NCBI GenBank assembly: GCA_964016885.1
Contig: OZ024746.1
Location: forward strand, 9,114,001 to 9,178,000
DNA: 64,000 bases
Direction: 5' to 3'
Origin: Eledone cirrhosa
Lineage: Eukaryota
The notes under the pieces were generated by a model. It worked only from the letters and a program-made list of their open reading frames with translations, ran no database searches and had not been told where the DNA came from. Position 1 is the stretch's first letter, and each line of letters opens with the position of its first letter. Made by a program: the position numbers and the translations under genes. Of the stretch, positions 1 to 14,081 are shown piece by piece.

Positions 1-3000
1 GCGATTTTTTAAAACAAAATCTAATATTAAAAATAAGAAAGTAAAGCAAAAACATATATTTGGAAGAGAACTATCAGGGATTTGACTTCTAATCGAATAA
101 AATATTGAAACGTGGTACTTGTAAATGGAGATAATATTGGCTCGAAATAATTTATCGGAAAAGAAAATTCTGAAAAACAATAGATTTGTAATGAAATTCA
201 ATAGTTTGGGGTATTATAATAACTAAAATAAAGATTAACTTCTGTTGAAGACTACGCCAGAAACCATAATGAAAAATCAACCCATGAGTTATAGATCTTC
301 TAATCAAGAATGTAGTACTTTCATGTTCCATCAAATATATTTCCCCTAATTTAAATAAATGGTGCTAGACACCTTTGAGGGATATCTTCAAATTAGTAAG
401 ACCTATCTCTTTCTTTTTACTTTTCCTATAGGAATTTTTCTCAGGTTTTTAAGCTATTTAACAAGCTACCAATCATTGATTCAGTTTTGCTCACCAGACG
501 AAAACTGATGAAGTTAGATGATCGGAATCTAATTATTATATTAATGCTGTGTTATTTCTTTTATTATGTATGAATAGATATTTTGATAACTACACACATA
601 CATTCAAGTAAATCGACTTCAAAGTATTAAGGATACTTCCATTCATAAATGTTTAGTAATATCAATGTTCAATATTTGTCCATAGGTAAATGAGGAGGTA
701 ACAAAAATACCACAACACATTTAATTTAGTTCTCTAGTTACTATAAGACGTCTACCGTCAAATACTCGTAAGAAGATGTTTACGTACCCTTACAATTTAA
801 TAGATTTCATAAATATTTGTAATTATCCGCAAAACTCTTGTTTTGTGGCAATTCCTAATTATCAAACTTATGTGCAGGAAATTAATAGACTAGGTGAAAT
901 CAAGCTTGACAAATATTTTACTCATTACCGGAAAGTAAATTTCCCAACTAAACACATGTAACACGGAGTCACTTAATACATTTCCATAAAATCCTATGTT
1001 TCTGAAATATAAACTTCTTTTAATAAATATTCTGCTTCTAATTGTTCTTGTTGAGTCCTATGTTATATTTAAACAAAAGCTTTCCAGCCATAAGGATAAC
1101 GATGTCAATGTTTCATTAGACAATGAGTATTATGCCGTATGTTCTTTATTTAGGACTGTAGGGTAAGTTATAATAGAAATTGGGTTGCTGTCAAATACAA
1201 AGCCTCCATAGAATCAGGTCTTATTTCTAGTTTCTACATTAATCTATTCATGAGAGATAGGTCTCACACTGATTATGACAGAAGATTTCCCGGAAGAGAA
1301 TGGTGAATTGTTGAACATATAATTAATTATAAAATAGAGATATAAAAATAACTAGTGCAACTACGAACACCTGCTAATCCGATACTCCCACCATTCAGTC
1401 CACTTTTATTCCTTTAAGATTCATCTGACAGAATCAGCTAATAAACGTCCTATTGGTCGTGTCTATAATTTGATTGATTGGTGGAACAAAGGAAGAAATC
1501 ATCCTCAGTCAAGAGACCTGATCCGAATACTTCTAACAGGAAAGACTTCACTATAGTCATCCGAGGGCTAAATTGTGTAATAAACTGACGAATTATGTTT
1601 ACCAGCCCAAAGCAGTAACCATCGCTGAAATGTATATATTTCCATAGTTTCCATTCATGAAAGCTTACTCACAAGGCTTTGGTTGGTACAACGAAGAAAG
1701 TCATACTCAAAGTGGTTATATGTGGGCTTAAATTCCACAGGATTAAAGATACTCTGATAACGGAGTAACGAATCAGTAACTGAGCAGTAATAGAGACATA
1801 GATTATGATGAAGAATAGAGGAAATTTTCTAGAATTATTAATCTATTAAAGAAATATTTCCACATAGACACACCACTTCATTCAAAACTCTTACAACCCT
1901 TTAGATTGTAGGAAATGGCCAATTGTATAAGTTAATGGCTTTGAAAACAATTTCCGATCACAAAATCTATAGAGTACAGATAAAATCTACTGGGCAGATA
2001 TCGATTAATTCTTATATTGCTCAATAGTTGTAGCAGGAAGATTGAACTTTAAACACACCCAGAGGATGTTATTTAACACGAAAAGTCACAAATGTTCCTT
2101 TGAACTTCCCCGAAATGTAAATATTGCTATTCAGCTTTATACACACACACACACACACACATACCCCCCCCCCCACACACACACACATACATATATATGT
2201 ATATATGTTGAAATCAAATACAGAATTTATAAAATATAGAAATCCATAGTACGATCAGAAATTTTATAAAAGATATGAATAGCTGGCACATTGATTGGTG
2301 CAGTCAACAAAGGAAAGAGGTTTATGATAAACTTTACGGTATTGCTCTTCCAAATAGTTTCGTTTCAGGTAGAGACATGATGCGGTTAATGTAATGGATA
2401 CGAATTTTCTATGGTGAAATCCCAAAACATAAAAACTAACTATACCAATAAAATGTCCACTCAGATTGACTCTATGGTTGTAAATGTCTTTCTTTACACA
2501 AATATATGCATACATTTGTGTGTGGCGTTGAACCTAATTCCAATGTGTATAAGCATGAAACATTTTATTCACAGTATTCTGTGGAGTAAACTATAAGTGT
2601 GTGTATGAGCGAGAGAAACGGCATGTATAATTCTAAATGCATAAGTCAAATGACATATGACGACGCATACAATGGGAGTTGGGTTCCATATTTATGATTT
2701 ACAAATTTCATTCTTACCATAAACTCTGTTGTTGTTTATTCCCAGGTTAATCCTAATTGAGCAAACCTATAACCGGAACCAGTTCAGCCATGACTATGAG
2801 ATCATTTTCTTTCCAGGAAAGTGTATATAGGACTACGTAATTCAGTGTAGCTTGTGTTGCTTTAAGATGATAGGGAAACGTGACTGCCATATTTCGCAGG
2901 TGGTACAACGGTGTCATAGCAGTAATTATTATTGGGGCTTATTTCTCTTTCTTTCCCTATCTATGTATGTATTCATCTCTCTATCCACATACTTTACACC

Positions 3001-3068
3001 AAATACAACCACTTTAATATATATATATACACAAACCGAAACCACTTAGCGCCGCGGTCAGGATTTTA

Positions 3069-3520
<452 letters not shown>

Positions 3521-4635
3521 TGCATGTGATTGTGTGAGTATGTTAATTTAGACATAACTATAGTTTCTGAACAGAGGGTAAAACATAACGGAAGAGGTTA
3601 GTCTAATTTGCATGACATGGGTTCTTTTTGTCACGTACCTAATTAAATAGCGAATACTTTGTCTAATCTACTTTCAGATTTCTGTGATGAGTAAAGCTGA
3701 AACCTATTTCAGCTTGAATTGTGATTCTCTATTGGATTTGCCGTGTTACGTGTTGTTAATCGAGAACATTTGCTGGTTAAATAATTATGAGATGTAGTTG
3801 TATAGTTGCACTTGTAGCTGTGCATGTGCATTTTATGTTATTGAATGCGCGGCGTGAGGCAATTTAGTCTACGTAAAAATGGATAACCATGATATACTGT
3901 GTATTGAAAGGTTTTTGGTGTTAATGAGAAGCCAGTAATTGGTGTTTCACAAAAGATACAGCCTTCTTAGTATAGATTTAACAGACTGAAGTAATCCCGA
4001 ATATTTCTGTTTCCTGGTTCTCCTTGGAGTTAGAATAACTAGAGTAGTCCTTGTTATAAGCTAACTTCTCAGTAAAGTTGTACCTAAACAGAGCCATCTT
4101 ATAGTGTGTAAGGTTTGGGAAAAATCTCCCTATTGGAGGAGAAAAAAAAGAGATTATCTCCATCATATCATCCACTATGTTCTTATACATAGATATAGAT
4201 GGTTAGTCCTCTTTGAGGCTATACCTCATTTCCACATTCGGCTTCTTACAGGTTTGTGTATCCATGCCGAGATATCTAATATATTACATAGAAGATTAGT
4301 TCTGGTAAATTGGTGCTGATTGGGATATTTAAGCTAAACGACTCGAATAAGTCTATCAGGTTTTTCCTGAATCTTTTCAAGTGGAGGTGTTTCATATGCT
4401 GTGAAACAACTAAGCCGTCTTAGTAGTAAACTGACATTAATAAATGCCTTCATTTAGTGACATTCAGACACATTTATATACAGATATATAAACAATGGCA
4501 ATGCTCCAGTATGGGCTCAGACTGTCGACTGGAACACGTAATAGAGTAATAAAGTACAAACAAGTATTTGACGAGATACGCTCACATACAGACTTGATTA
4601 TATATACACATACATTATATACAATAATGCAATTG

Positions 4636-4737
4636 TGAGTTCAAATCCCGCCGAGGTTAACTTTGCCTTTCATCCTTACGGGGTCGATAAAATAAAGTAC
4701 CAATTGCTGGCCTTGTGCGAATACTAGAAACAATTAT
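4636..4737 (+). mobile_element. SINE family 1, 5'-truncated copy
   Basis: B-box gagttcaaatcc plus the central domain gccgaggttaactttgcctttcatccttacggggtcgataaa. TSD attatatacaataatg at 4614-4629 and 4733-4748. Confidence 0.85.
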
Positions 4738-6143
4738 ATACAATAATGAAAGACCAGATAGGATACGAATAGCTTAAGAAGATAGAGGATAAAATTATAG
4801 AAGATTACTGCGGTTGCACAGTTAATGTTGAGGTAGTTGTCCTTCATGTCAGCGACGACGATGACGGGGACCGCATATTGAAATGTGATCAATGGAATTT
4901 CGTCTGATTCCGGAGTTTACCCTTACTTTTGAGTCAAGTGACTCATCCATAAACTATTCAAAATGAGCTGATGAGTTATTCTATATTCTGCCACTTGACC
5001 TATCTTAAATAACAGCTAAATTTCTCTTAAATCATTCCCTACAACCGTAAAAAGGAGAAGTCACTACATAACGTATTCCTAGACACACTATTTATGAAAA
5101 CACGATGGAGTGTTCATAACTTGAATATGTTTGATCAGAAATATTTTATCGTGATTTACATAAAGCTAAACAATAGCGAGAACCAGAAATATAGCACGAG
5201 ATAGAAATATGTGTTCAAATAGCCCAAGTCCCGACACCTATTAAGATATTACAAATTTTAAATTGTTTCCCCGTGTTAATAAACATTAATACAGCAAGCT
5301 CTATTTCAGCGAGAAGTTCTACTATTAAAGCTTCCACATTACAAACGAATCATTATAGACTGTGAATTAGGCTATTAATATATTCAGTAAATATATACAT
5401 TTGATCAATCATGTTATGGTTCGTTAAGCATATATTAGAGTCATTGAATAGTATCTGTAATTGAATAAATTGCTTGTATTTTCGCATTTGTAGAACTTCA
5501 GCGGAACACAACATAAGTGAGAATTAGCTTTAGGACTTGGTAATATCCACAGATCGATAAGATCTAATTGATAAACGCTAAAATGTATAGGTAACTATCT
5601 CGTATATTGAGGCTGAAACGGTTTCTATTCTCGCTCAAGCCATTTCCTTTTACTCAGCCGTACATGGGAAAGTGACAACACCCACTTACTATGTATTTTC
5701 TCTAAAGTAAAAAGGTTTTCTTAGTCGTGGCTTATATACTCCATTATATCCCAAACGACTTATCATTACCGATAAAGAAATGAGCAACATATTGCATTCA
5801 ATAAAGGTACACCTAGTCTATGGTAACTCTCCGAATAAAGAAATTAACTGGACAGCTTTTGGCCGTAAGTATCGAGTAGAGACAGCAAACTAGTAGACTT
5901 ATACATGTGTGTGAATCCATTAGAGAATAGAGCCTTATAGACATAATGATCTGGATGGACACGAGTTATATACATTTAGAAAATAATAATATATATCTCG
6001 TAACCAAAGCCACCTACATATAGTAGGTTTCCTGGATAAAACACTAACCCGAATCACAGCAAAAACAATCTTATCTATTTTGAAGCCTTTAATAATGGAA
6101 GACGTTAAATACCAAGTAAACCGAAGCATTATTAAGGACACCA

Positions 6144-6261
6144 TGAGTTCAAATCCCGCCGAGGTTAACTTTGCCTTTCATCCTTACGGGGTCGATAAAA
6201 TAAAGTGCCAGTAATACACTGGGTAATTGCTGGCCTTCTGCCAAAAGTAGAAACAATTATT
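6144..6261 (+). mobile_element. SINE family 1, 5'-truncated copy
   Basis: Same body as the 4636 copy; 17-bp TSD attattaaggaYaccat at 6128-6144 and 6256-6272. Confidence 0.85.
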
Positions 6262-6796
6262 AAGGATACCATCTCACCGGTTTTTAATCAACACAACACA
6301 AAGGTGAAACAATATCTAGAGGATATTGAACTCCATTAAATAGACTCAGGAAATACAAACATCATGACATATATTTGCAACCACATTAATCTCGATATCG
6401 ATAAAAAAACAGAACAATAGGAATTTCACTTGATCAAGAAATGCCGACCTAATGCTACTTATAAAGGCGATTATAGAAATTGTTAATGTCTTCTCTTACC
6501 TAATGCTGTAGATGACAGTAAAAAGCAGGCAGGATTTTGTAAAAGCAAATGTAGCATTTATTTTTCTAAGAAATATATAAAGATCTATCAACATGAATTA
6601 GAAATGTCAAAGTTTTCAAAACCAATGTTAGGTCAACCTTGTATATACGAAGCTGAATCATTTGTCAACATTTGAAACTAAGCTTTCTCATGACCCACCA
6701 ACATTAGCAAATATAACGTGTAGTGTTATAGAGCGACCTGGTGTAGCGCTGAATCGCGACCTGGCATACCTATGTTCATACATACATACATATATA

Positions 6797-7410
6797 CATG
6801 GTGGCTGCCAACTCGTTTTCGAGTACGGCCACTACTTTATATCCATGTAGGAGAACCCCTACCGATGCGCTGAACGAGTGTGACTTTTTAGTCCAGCCAG
6901 CGACTTGAAAACTCTGGTACAAACACTACACTTGTGACAATTATTGACACATAGTGCTGGGCCCATGGTACCCTGTGGTGACAAGTGCAGAGAGATCTCC
7001 AGATATAAAGCAATGCCTGTGCCGTGAAGCTTTTATAGTGAGCAAAGGCACTGCACAAAGCCAGTCCCACTCTCTTAACCAAGATGATATTTACCAAAAA
7101 GAAGAACAAGTCAACATCATTGGATACCATCAGGGTTGCAGGTGTTATATCAGAGTTTTCCTTCTCCTAGAATTTTGCCTTGACAAAGGCTAAGGGGTCA
7201 TCTCTCCCGGTGATTTTGGATGGCCATTGACTCTTAAGAGCTCCTTTGCCCTTTGACAGGTTTTGTTTTTAGTCCTGCAGGATGTCCAAAGTCACCCTCC
7301 TCACCAAGAAACCTTGGTGGAGTTGCCAGTTTAGTCGCCAACGACCCGACCATGAGACAGGTTGTACTGGGATACATATTACCAGTAGCACCAAGTGGTG
7401 ACCTGACATA
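6797..7410 (-). mobile_element. Non-autonomous RTE-like retroelement in (CATA)n
   Basis: Minus strand carries ctaggagaaggaaaactctga, a motif I recognise from RTE-clade 5' regions, and ends in (TATG)n. Related copies at 31108-31275, 58165-58450 and 58996-59357. Confidence 0.6.
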
Positions 7411-7468
7411 TATACATACATTCATACATACATACATACACACATACATATATATATATGTATATACA

Positions 7469-7555
<87 letters not shown>

Positions 7556-7817
7556 TGTGTGTGTGTGTGTTTGTGTGTGTGTGTTTGTGTGTGTGTGTGT
7601 ATGTATATATATATATATATATGAAGAAAAAAAGATGAAATCGAAAATGCAACTAGAGTCTTATTTTAAAAAAATATATATATTTATTTGGTTCCTTTAC
7701 CGGTTTCCAAATAAATATATATATTTTTTTAAAAATAAGACTCCATTTGCATTTTCGATTTCATCTTTTTTTCTTTATACTTTCAGTCGTGTAGGATATA
7801 TATATATATATAATATA

Positions 7818-8293
<476 letters not shown>

Positions 8294-9781
8294 TTAAGTG
8301 GATATTCAACCGCTGAATTATACTTGTATCAACTTGAGCAAAGAAACGCATGACTGCTCCTATATGCTTTCATACATACGTGTTATCTATAACTGAATCA
8401 ATATGACAGGCGTGAGGAAAGGTGTGAGTGTACTAGGCCATTGACTCGTAACTCGCATTTAAGTTTCAACTTCTCATTGTATTCCGTTTCAGATAGTTGT
8501 CTCACATAAACACAAATATACACATATGGTTATAAGAACATAGTGCTTCCAAGATAACATATACAAACATAAAGCGTAAATGTGTAAATTCATACACGTA
8601 TACGTACATACACATCAATGTTAATCACTTGATGTCTTATCGACATTAAAATGAACCGAAACAAAGGCTTTGTTTTTTTCAACTGCTGTTTCCTATCAAA
8701 TCATTTATCTTTCAGTTCAGGGATAAACGACGTTATTTTCAACTATTTAAAACTGAACTAGGCTTGCATTCATACATCTGTGGAAGCTACACATCGATTA
8801 CTGTACGTTTTCAATGACAACTAAGCCAGGGATATGCTTTTGCTCTAATATGAATCATGGAACTATGCAACTGAAAAATACATTATTATTTTGCACATTA
8901 AACTCTCCTAGTTTATAAAACTCTTAAAAAGTGGTGATTAGTTGGTTACCAATGAAATGAAACTCAGCGATACACATTTCTTTTATAATCTTCTAATTCC
9001 AATTCTTTTTTCTTAACCATGCAACTGTTTACTGTTGTTCAATTTAGGTTACACTTTTGCTGCTTTTACATTTTTCGTCTCTACACACACACTTACACAC
9101 AGAGAAACAGACACTCACACACACGGAAACACGTACACACACTTATACAAACTTACACGCAGTTACACAGATACACTTACACACACACACTTATCTTAGG
9201 CATGTATGTATATATAAATATATAGAGTGCGTGTGTATGTGTATATATATGTATGTATGTGTATGTATGTGTGTGTATGCAGAACACTTGCTCTAGTTAA
9301 GTGATGGATGTTGCCGAATTTTCGAGTCCAAATGTACCATGTAAAACCAGTCTTCCCTTGATTTCGTTAGATTCGGTCTTCTTGCCTACGTGAGATGAGA
9401 ATGTACGGGTTTAGAGAACAATATCAAAGATGAGGAAAAAAATTGACGTTACATCATTTTATTGCTCTTAGACGTATTTTCCTGATTTTGCTCGTACAGT
9501 GTGTTTCATAGCACAAATTTCACTTCTAGTCACAGGGATAAAATCTTCTAAAATACGTTCGTCAGTTGTCAGGAGCACTTTATCGATATGGTTAGCATAC
9601 TAGAACCATAACCCACCCACGTGGGGGTAGGTTGCCTAGCAAGCACCACTGCCCGATTTTCCCGTTTCAGGTGGTACTTATCAATGTTTTCACTATTTTT
9701 TATAATTATTGAATCCATTTCAAATTTCTTACAATTTAGCACTTATATATATATATATGTGTGTTGTGTGTGTGTGTGTGC

Positions 9782-9822
<41 letters not shown>

Positions 9823-9918
9823 CATATATAAATATTTCGTATCTCCAATGAAATACGGTTTTAGGAAGCCGTAGCTATGCAAACGCTCTGGTGATGTCCA
9901 GCAGAAGCAAGGGGGACA

Positions 9919-9962
9919 ACCGTCTATGCATTTCAGGCTTAGCTGACCTTCATCAGGACGGT
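9919..9962 (-). ncRNA. Minimal type I hammerhead ribozyme (family B)
   Basis: Minus strand ACCGUC-CUGAUGA-AGGUcagcuaaGCCU-GAAA-UGCA-UA-GACGGU: perfect 6-bp stem I, intact core, palindromic stem III (AUGCAU). Confidence 0.85.
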
Positions 9963-10383
9963 CCCTCCCACCGCTTGCGACTGCTGGACTAGAATACAGG
10001 GGAGAAAATATAGTTTTGTCGTCTGTGTAAATGAGGTGATTAATCTCATTTGCATATGAAGCTGCATAAGTTGGCTCAACTTATAATAAAAAAGAAATAG
10101 GATTTCGCTTCAAGCATAGCTTTATAAATATGTATAAATATTTCGTATCTCCAAAGAAAGACTGTTTTAGGAAGCCGTAGCTATGCAAACACCGGGAGGC
10201 TAACGCCCTCTGGTGATGTCCAGCAGAAGCAAGGGGGTCAACCGTCTATGCCTTCGTCAGGACGTTCCCTCCCAACTTATGTAGCTTCATATGCAAATGA
10301 GATTAATCACCTCATTTACACAGACGAGAAAACTATACTTTATCGCCTGTATTCTAGTCCAGCAGTATCAAGCGGTGGGAGTG

Positions 10384-10427
10384 ACCGTCTTGACGAAGGC
10401 CAGTTAAGCCTGAAATGCATAGACGGT
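10384..10427 (+). ncRNA. Hammerhead ribozyme (family B), C3U core variant
   Basis: accgtc-TTGACGA-aggc cagttaa gcct-GAAA-tgca-TA-gacggt. Confidence 0.7.
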
Positions 10428-10939
10428 TGTCCCCCTTGCCTCTGCTGGACATCACCAGAGGGCGTTAGCCCCCCCCCCCCCCCCGGTGTTTGCATAGCTA
10501 CGGCTTCCTAAAACCGTATTTCTTTGGAGATACGAAATATTTATACATATTGTATAAAGCTTCAAATTTATTCACCCTGAGAATTACATTAAGGGTGCAA
10601 GTGCTTATGGAATGTTCAGTCACTTATAAGTTAATGTCTTGATCAAGATATTTTGATGTTCGAACAACTGAAATAATCCTCGTCGAAACCGACGGAGCTG
10701 CAATGCTCTCATATATATAGAAATAGTGTGAGATTGAGTGTGTGTGTATCCACTAACATACCTATATTCTGTTGAAGAAACCAAATATATTCCCCATAAA
10801 GTAATGGGATGAGTACTACTAAGAATAAATAGAACAAGATTAAAATTCCGCTTCCAGATTTTGTTAATAAAACTGCCACCAAAATGATATATTCCATTTA
10901 ATACACTTACTATCGCTTTCTTTCTCTGCCATACTCCGC

Positions 10940-11017
<78 letters not shown>

Positions 11018-11025
11018 GCTTTTGG

Positions 11026-11082
<57 letters not shown>

Positions 11083-11194
11083 AACCCAAAAGCGTTTGGC
11101 GCCGCAGTCGGGATTATACCTAGATTATATATATATATATATCAACTTATTTATCTGTGTATTTATGTGTGTACATATATATATAAATTTGAGG

Positions 11195-11239
<45 letters not shown>

Positions 11240-11788
11240 ATTTTCTTCTTCTTCTTCTTCCCCCACTTATTCCTGAGTGTTGTGGGAGCAGAGTCCTCAA
11301 AAACTCCTTCCAGCGGTGTATATCTAAATGTGAATATATATATATATGCATCTGTGTGTGTCTATGTATATATGTGTGTGTATGTATTTATGTATACATA
11401 TGCATGCATATGTATGCATACGTATATATGCATTAGATACGTACGTATATACATCTACATAATTTCGCGTGAGTATGGATTGTAGAGCGTTTAAAACTCT
11501 CAATCCATAAAGTAGGGCATATACATTTTATTAGAAGCTGAAGATTCTTAAATCTTAACGTTCTCTCAATAAAACTGCCATGGGAATGTATTCATACCGA
11601 CTATATCTAATTCCTTATAATCAATTGTCATATCTTTTTCTTTAGAGCTACCTGACTTCATATTTTGTGATTGGCATATTTCTTCCATTTCCTCCAGGCA
11701 AATATTCTTTTATATTTTAATATAGCATATAATTCAGGATTATAAAAAAAATATATTCACATGTTGTAATATATATATATATATGCAC

Positions 11789-11853
<65 letters not shown>

Positions 11854-12880
11854 TGTGTGTGTGTGTGTGTGTGTGCGTGCGTGTCCGTTTTTACTTGTGC
11901 GAACACAGTATCTTCATGATAGTGTGCTTTAAGTTGATATTATTTCATTATATATATTCCTATAGTATACATACATATTGGTGGAAATGCTAATGGAAAC
12001 CCTAACGCATCACCCTTTCTGTTTTGTAGAAGCAATTATATATAAAGTTAAACTATGATAGACCCCCATCTTCTAAACCGTGTCTATATACTCCAAATAG
12101 ATAATAATATATTTTTACTGTTCAGTATATCTGAGGATATCAAACCTAAATCATGTGTTATCCCTAATATAAATCTAAATTTGACATTCTTTTCAGACTT
12201 TTAGGTTAACTGTTGATTAAGCTGACGTCGTTAAGGAGGAATAAATGACCTTAGCTTATGTCTCTTACATGGATTAAATGGATGATTTCATTGGTAGCTC
12301 ATACAGAATGTTTCTTTTCACCACCTAAATTTTACACATCCAAAACATCTCATTAATCTTTCGCACTGTACTCAATTACAATTACATGTGTTTAGCATAA
12401 TCAATTATCTGATTCTCGGTAAGTATGGACAAGCCTCTTTGCTATGTTTGAAGCAGATGTTGATATTTTATTCGATAAAACCTGTTCACTTTTGTGTTTT
12501 TCTTTCCAATCTATGAGCTATTGCACCCTCATTTTTGTGTTCTCCTGCAGTACATTCCCTGTTTTATCAACATATTTTAGTTGTAATATTCACTCAGCAG
12601 GAAGGTGAGGAAGACACGGGGCTCGCTCAGTCTAATACCTTTTGCTGACATTTGAAGATAGAGCATTTACACTGAACATGTTAGAATTAGCAGCTAAACA
12701 GCAATCTGTCGTCTTAGGGAAACAGTGAATAGAATAATTCTAGATATACACTTAAAAATAGGCTGGTCATGGCCTGAATACAATATTATATATATACATA
12801 TATGCTTGGTAACATATTCACACATATGTACATACCCACATACACACAAAACAGACGCTCACATGGGCACACACACACTG

Positions 12881-12937
<57 letters not shown>

Positions 12938-13089
12938 AAAGTATGTCCATAGAATCATTTGATAAGATATATACACCATCTCCTCTCCCAATCAGCATAA
13001 TCAACCATACAAAAAAAAACAATTAAACCAGGCTATAAGATTAAAAGGCACCTATGAAGAAATAATAGATAAATAAACGACAGCCATCT

Positions 13090-13782
13090 ATTCGCGATCA
13101 ACAGCTATAGAATATTTACCCACCATTTCAATAGCACGTGGAAATCGATTAAATATATCGTCAACCATACACAATTAGGTATAAAATTAAAGTTAAAAGA
13201 AAAAAATGTATATACATATACCAAGATTACGTTTCTACCCCTTGGGGTTTCTTTCACTTTTGGAAATATCCGATCAAGGATAAATTTACGAGCTTCGAAA
13301 TCATCAGGAAACAAACTCACTTGGACGAAGATTTTTCTTAAATGATCTCCGCCAGAAACGAATTCAAAATGGCTAAGAACTGTGACGCGGCAGTGGTTAA
13401 GTCAGAAAGAATGTGATTGGTGCCTTACGGCGAGTGGGCTGGTTGCTAGAAAGCGCAGCCTAATATTGCCTAAATTGCATCTCAACCTTATGGAGATTAT
13501 CAAATAAAAAGATTTACATATACACAAATTAGACAAAGTCATATATATATATATATATGTTTTTGGCAAACATTCACGATGTGGCTCAATGACGAATAAT
13601 TCGCGATCAACAGCTATAGAATATTTACCCACCATTTCAATAGCACGTGGAAATCGATTAAATATATCGTCAACCATACACAATTAGGTATAAAATTAAA
13701 GTTAGAAGAAAAAATGTATATAAACATACCAAGATTACGTTTCTACCCCATGGGTTTTCTTTCGCTTTTGGAAATATCCGAT
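13090..13782. repeat. About 185-bp direct repeat pair (13090-13273 and 13598-13782)
   Basis: Near-identical blocks attcgcgatcaacagc...ggaaatatccgat separated by about 325 bp. Confidence 0.9.
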
Positions 13783-13852
13783 ATATTGTTACCAGTACAG
13801 GCAATATTAAACTAGAATGCTGTTGAAGTGTGTATACATTTTTGGGGACATC

Positions 13853-13917
<65 letters not shown>

Positions 13918-14023
13918 TGTGTGTATGTGTGTGTGTTTGTTTCCCATATTATCCTGCAATAACGAATCTTATAAATTAAACTAATTGGATTAAAAAACAA
14001 TCTCTAATGTATTTAATGTCAAT

Positions 14024-14081
<58 letters not shown>

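Larger units (their letters stand above)
9831..10612. mobile_element. Foldback element family B, three partial units in inverted/tandem arrangement
   Basis: 9831-10074 is inverted relative to about 10272-10545. 10138-10272 is an internally deleted direct repeat of the first unit. Begins at a (TA)n tract. Confidence 0.8.

Noticed and set aside
500-540. ctgatga followed by a hairpin (isolated cores also near 31590, 35240, 43981 and 63428)
   Set aside because: No correctly placed GAAA-N-UH with a pairing stem I.
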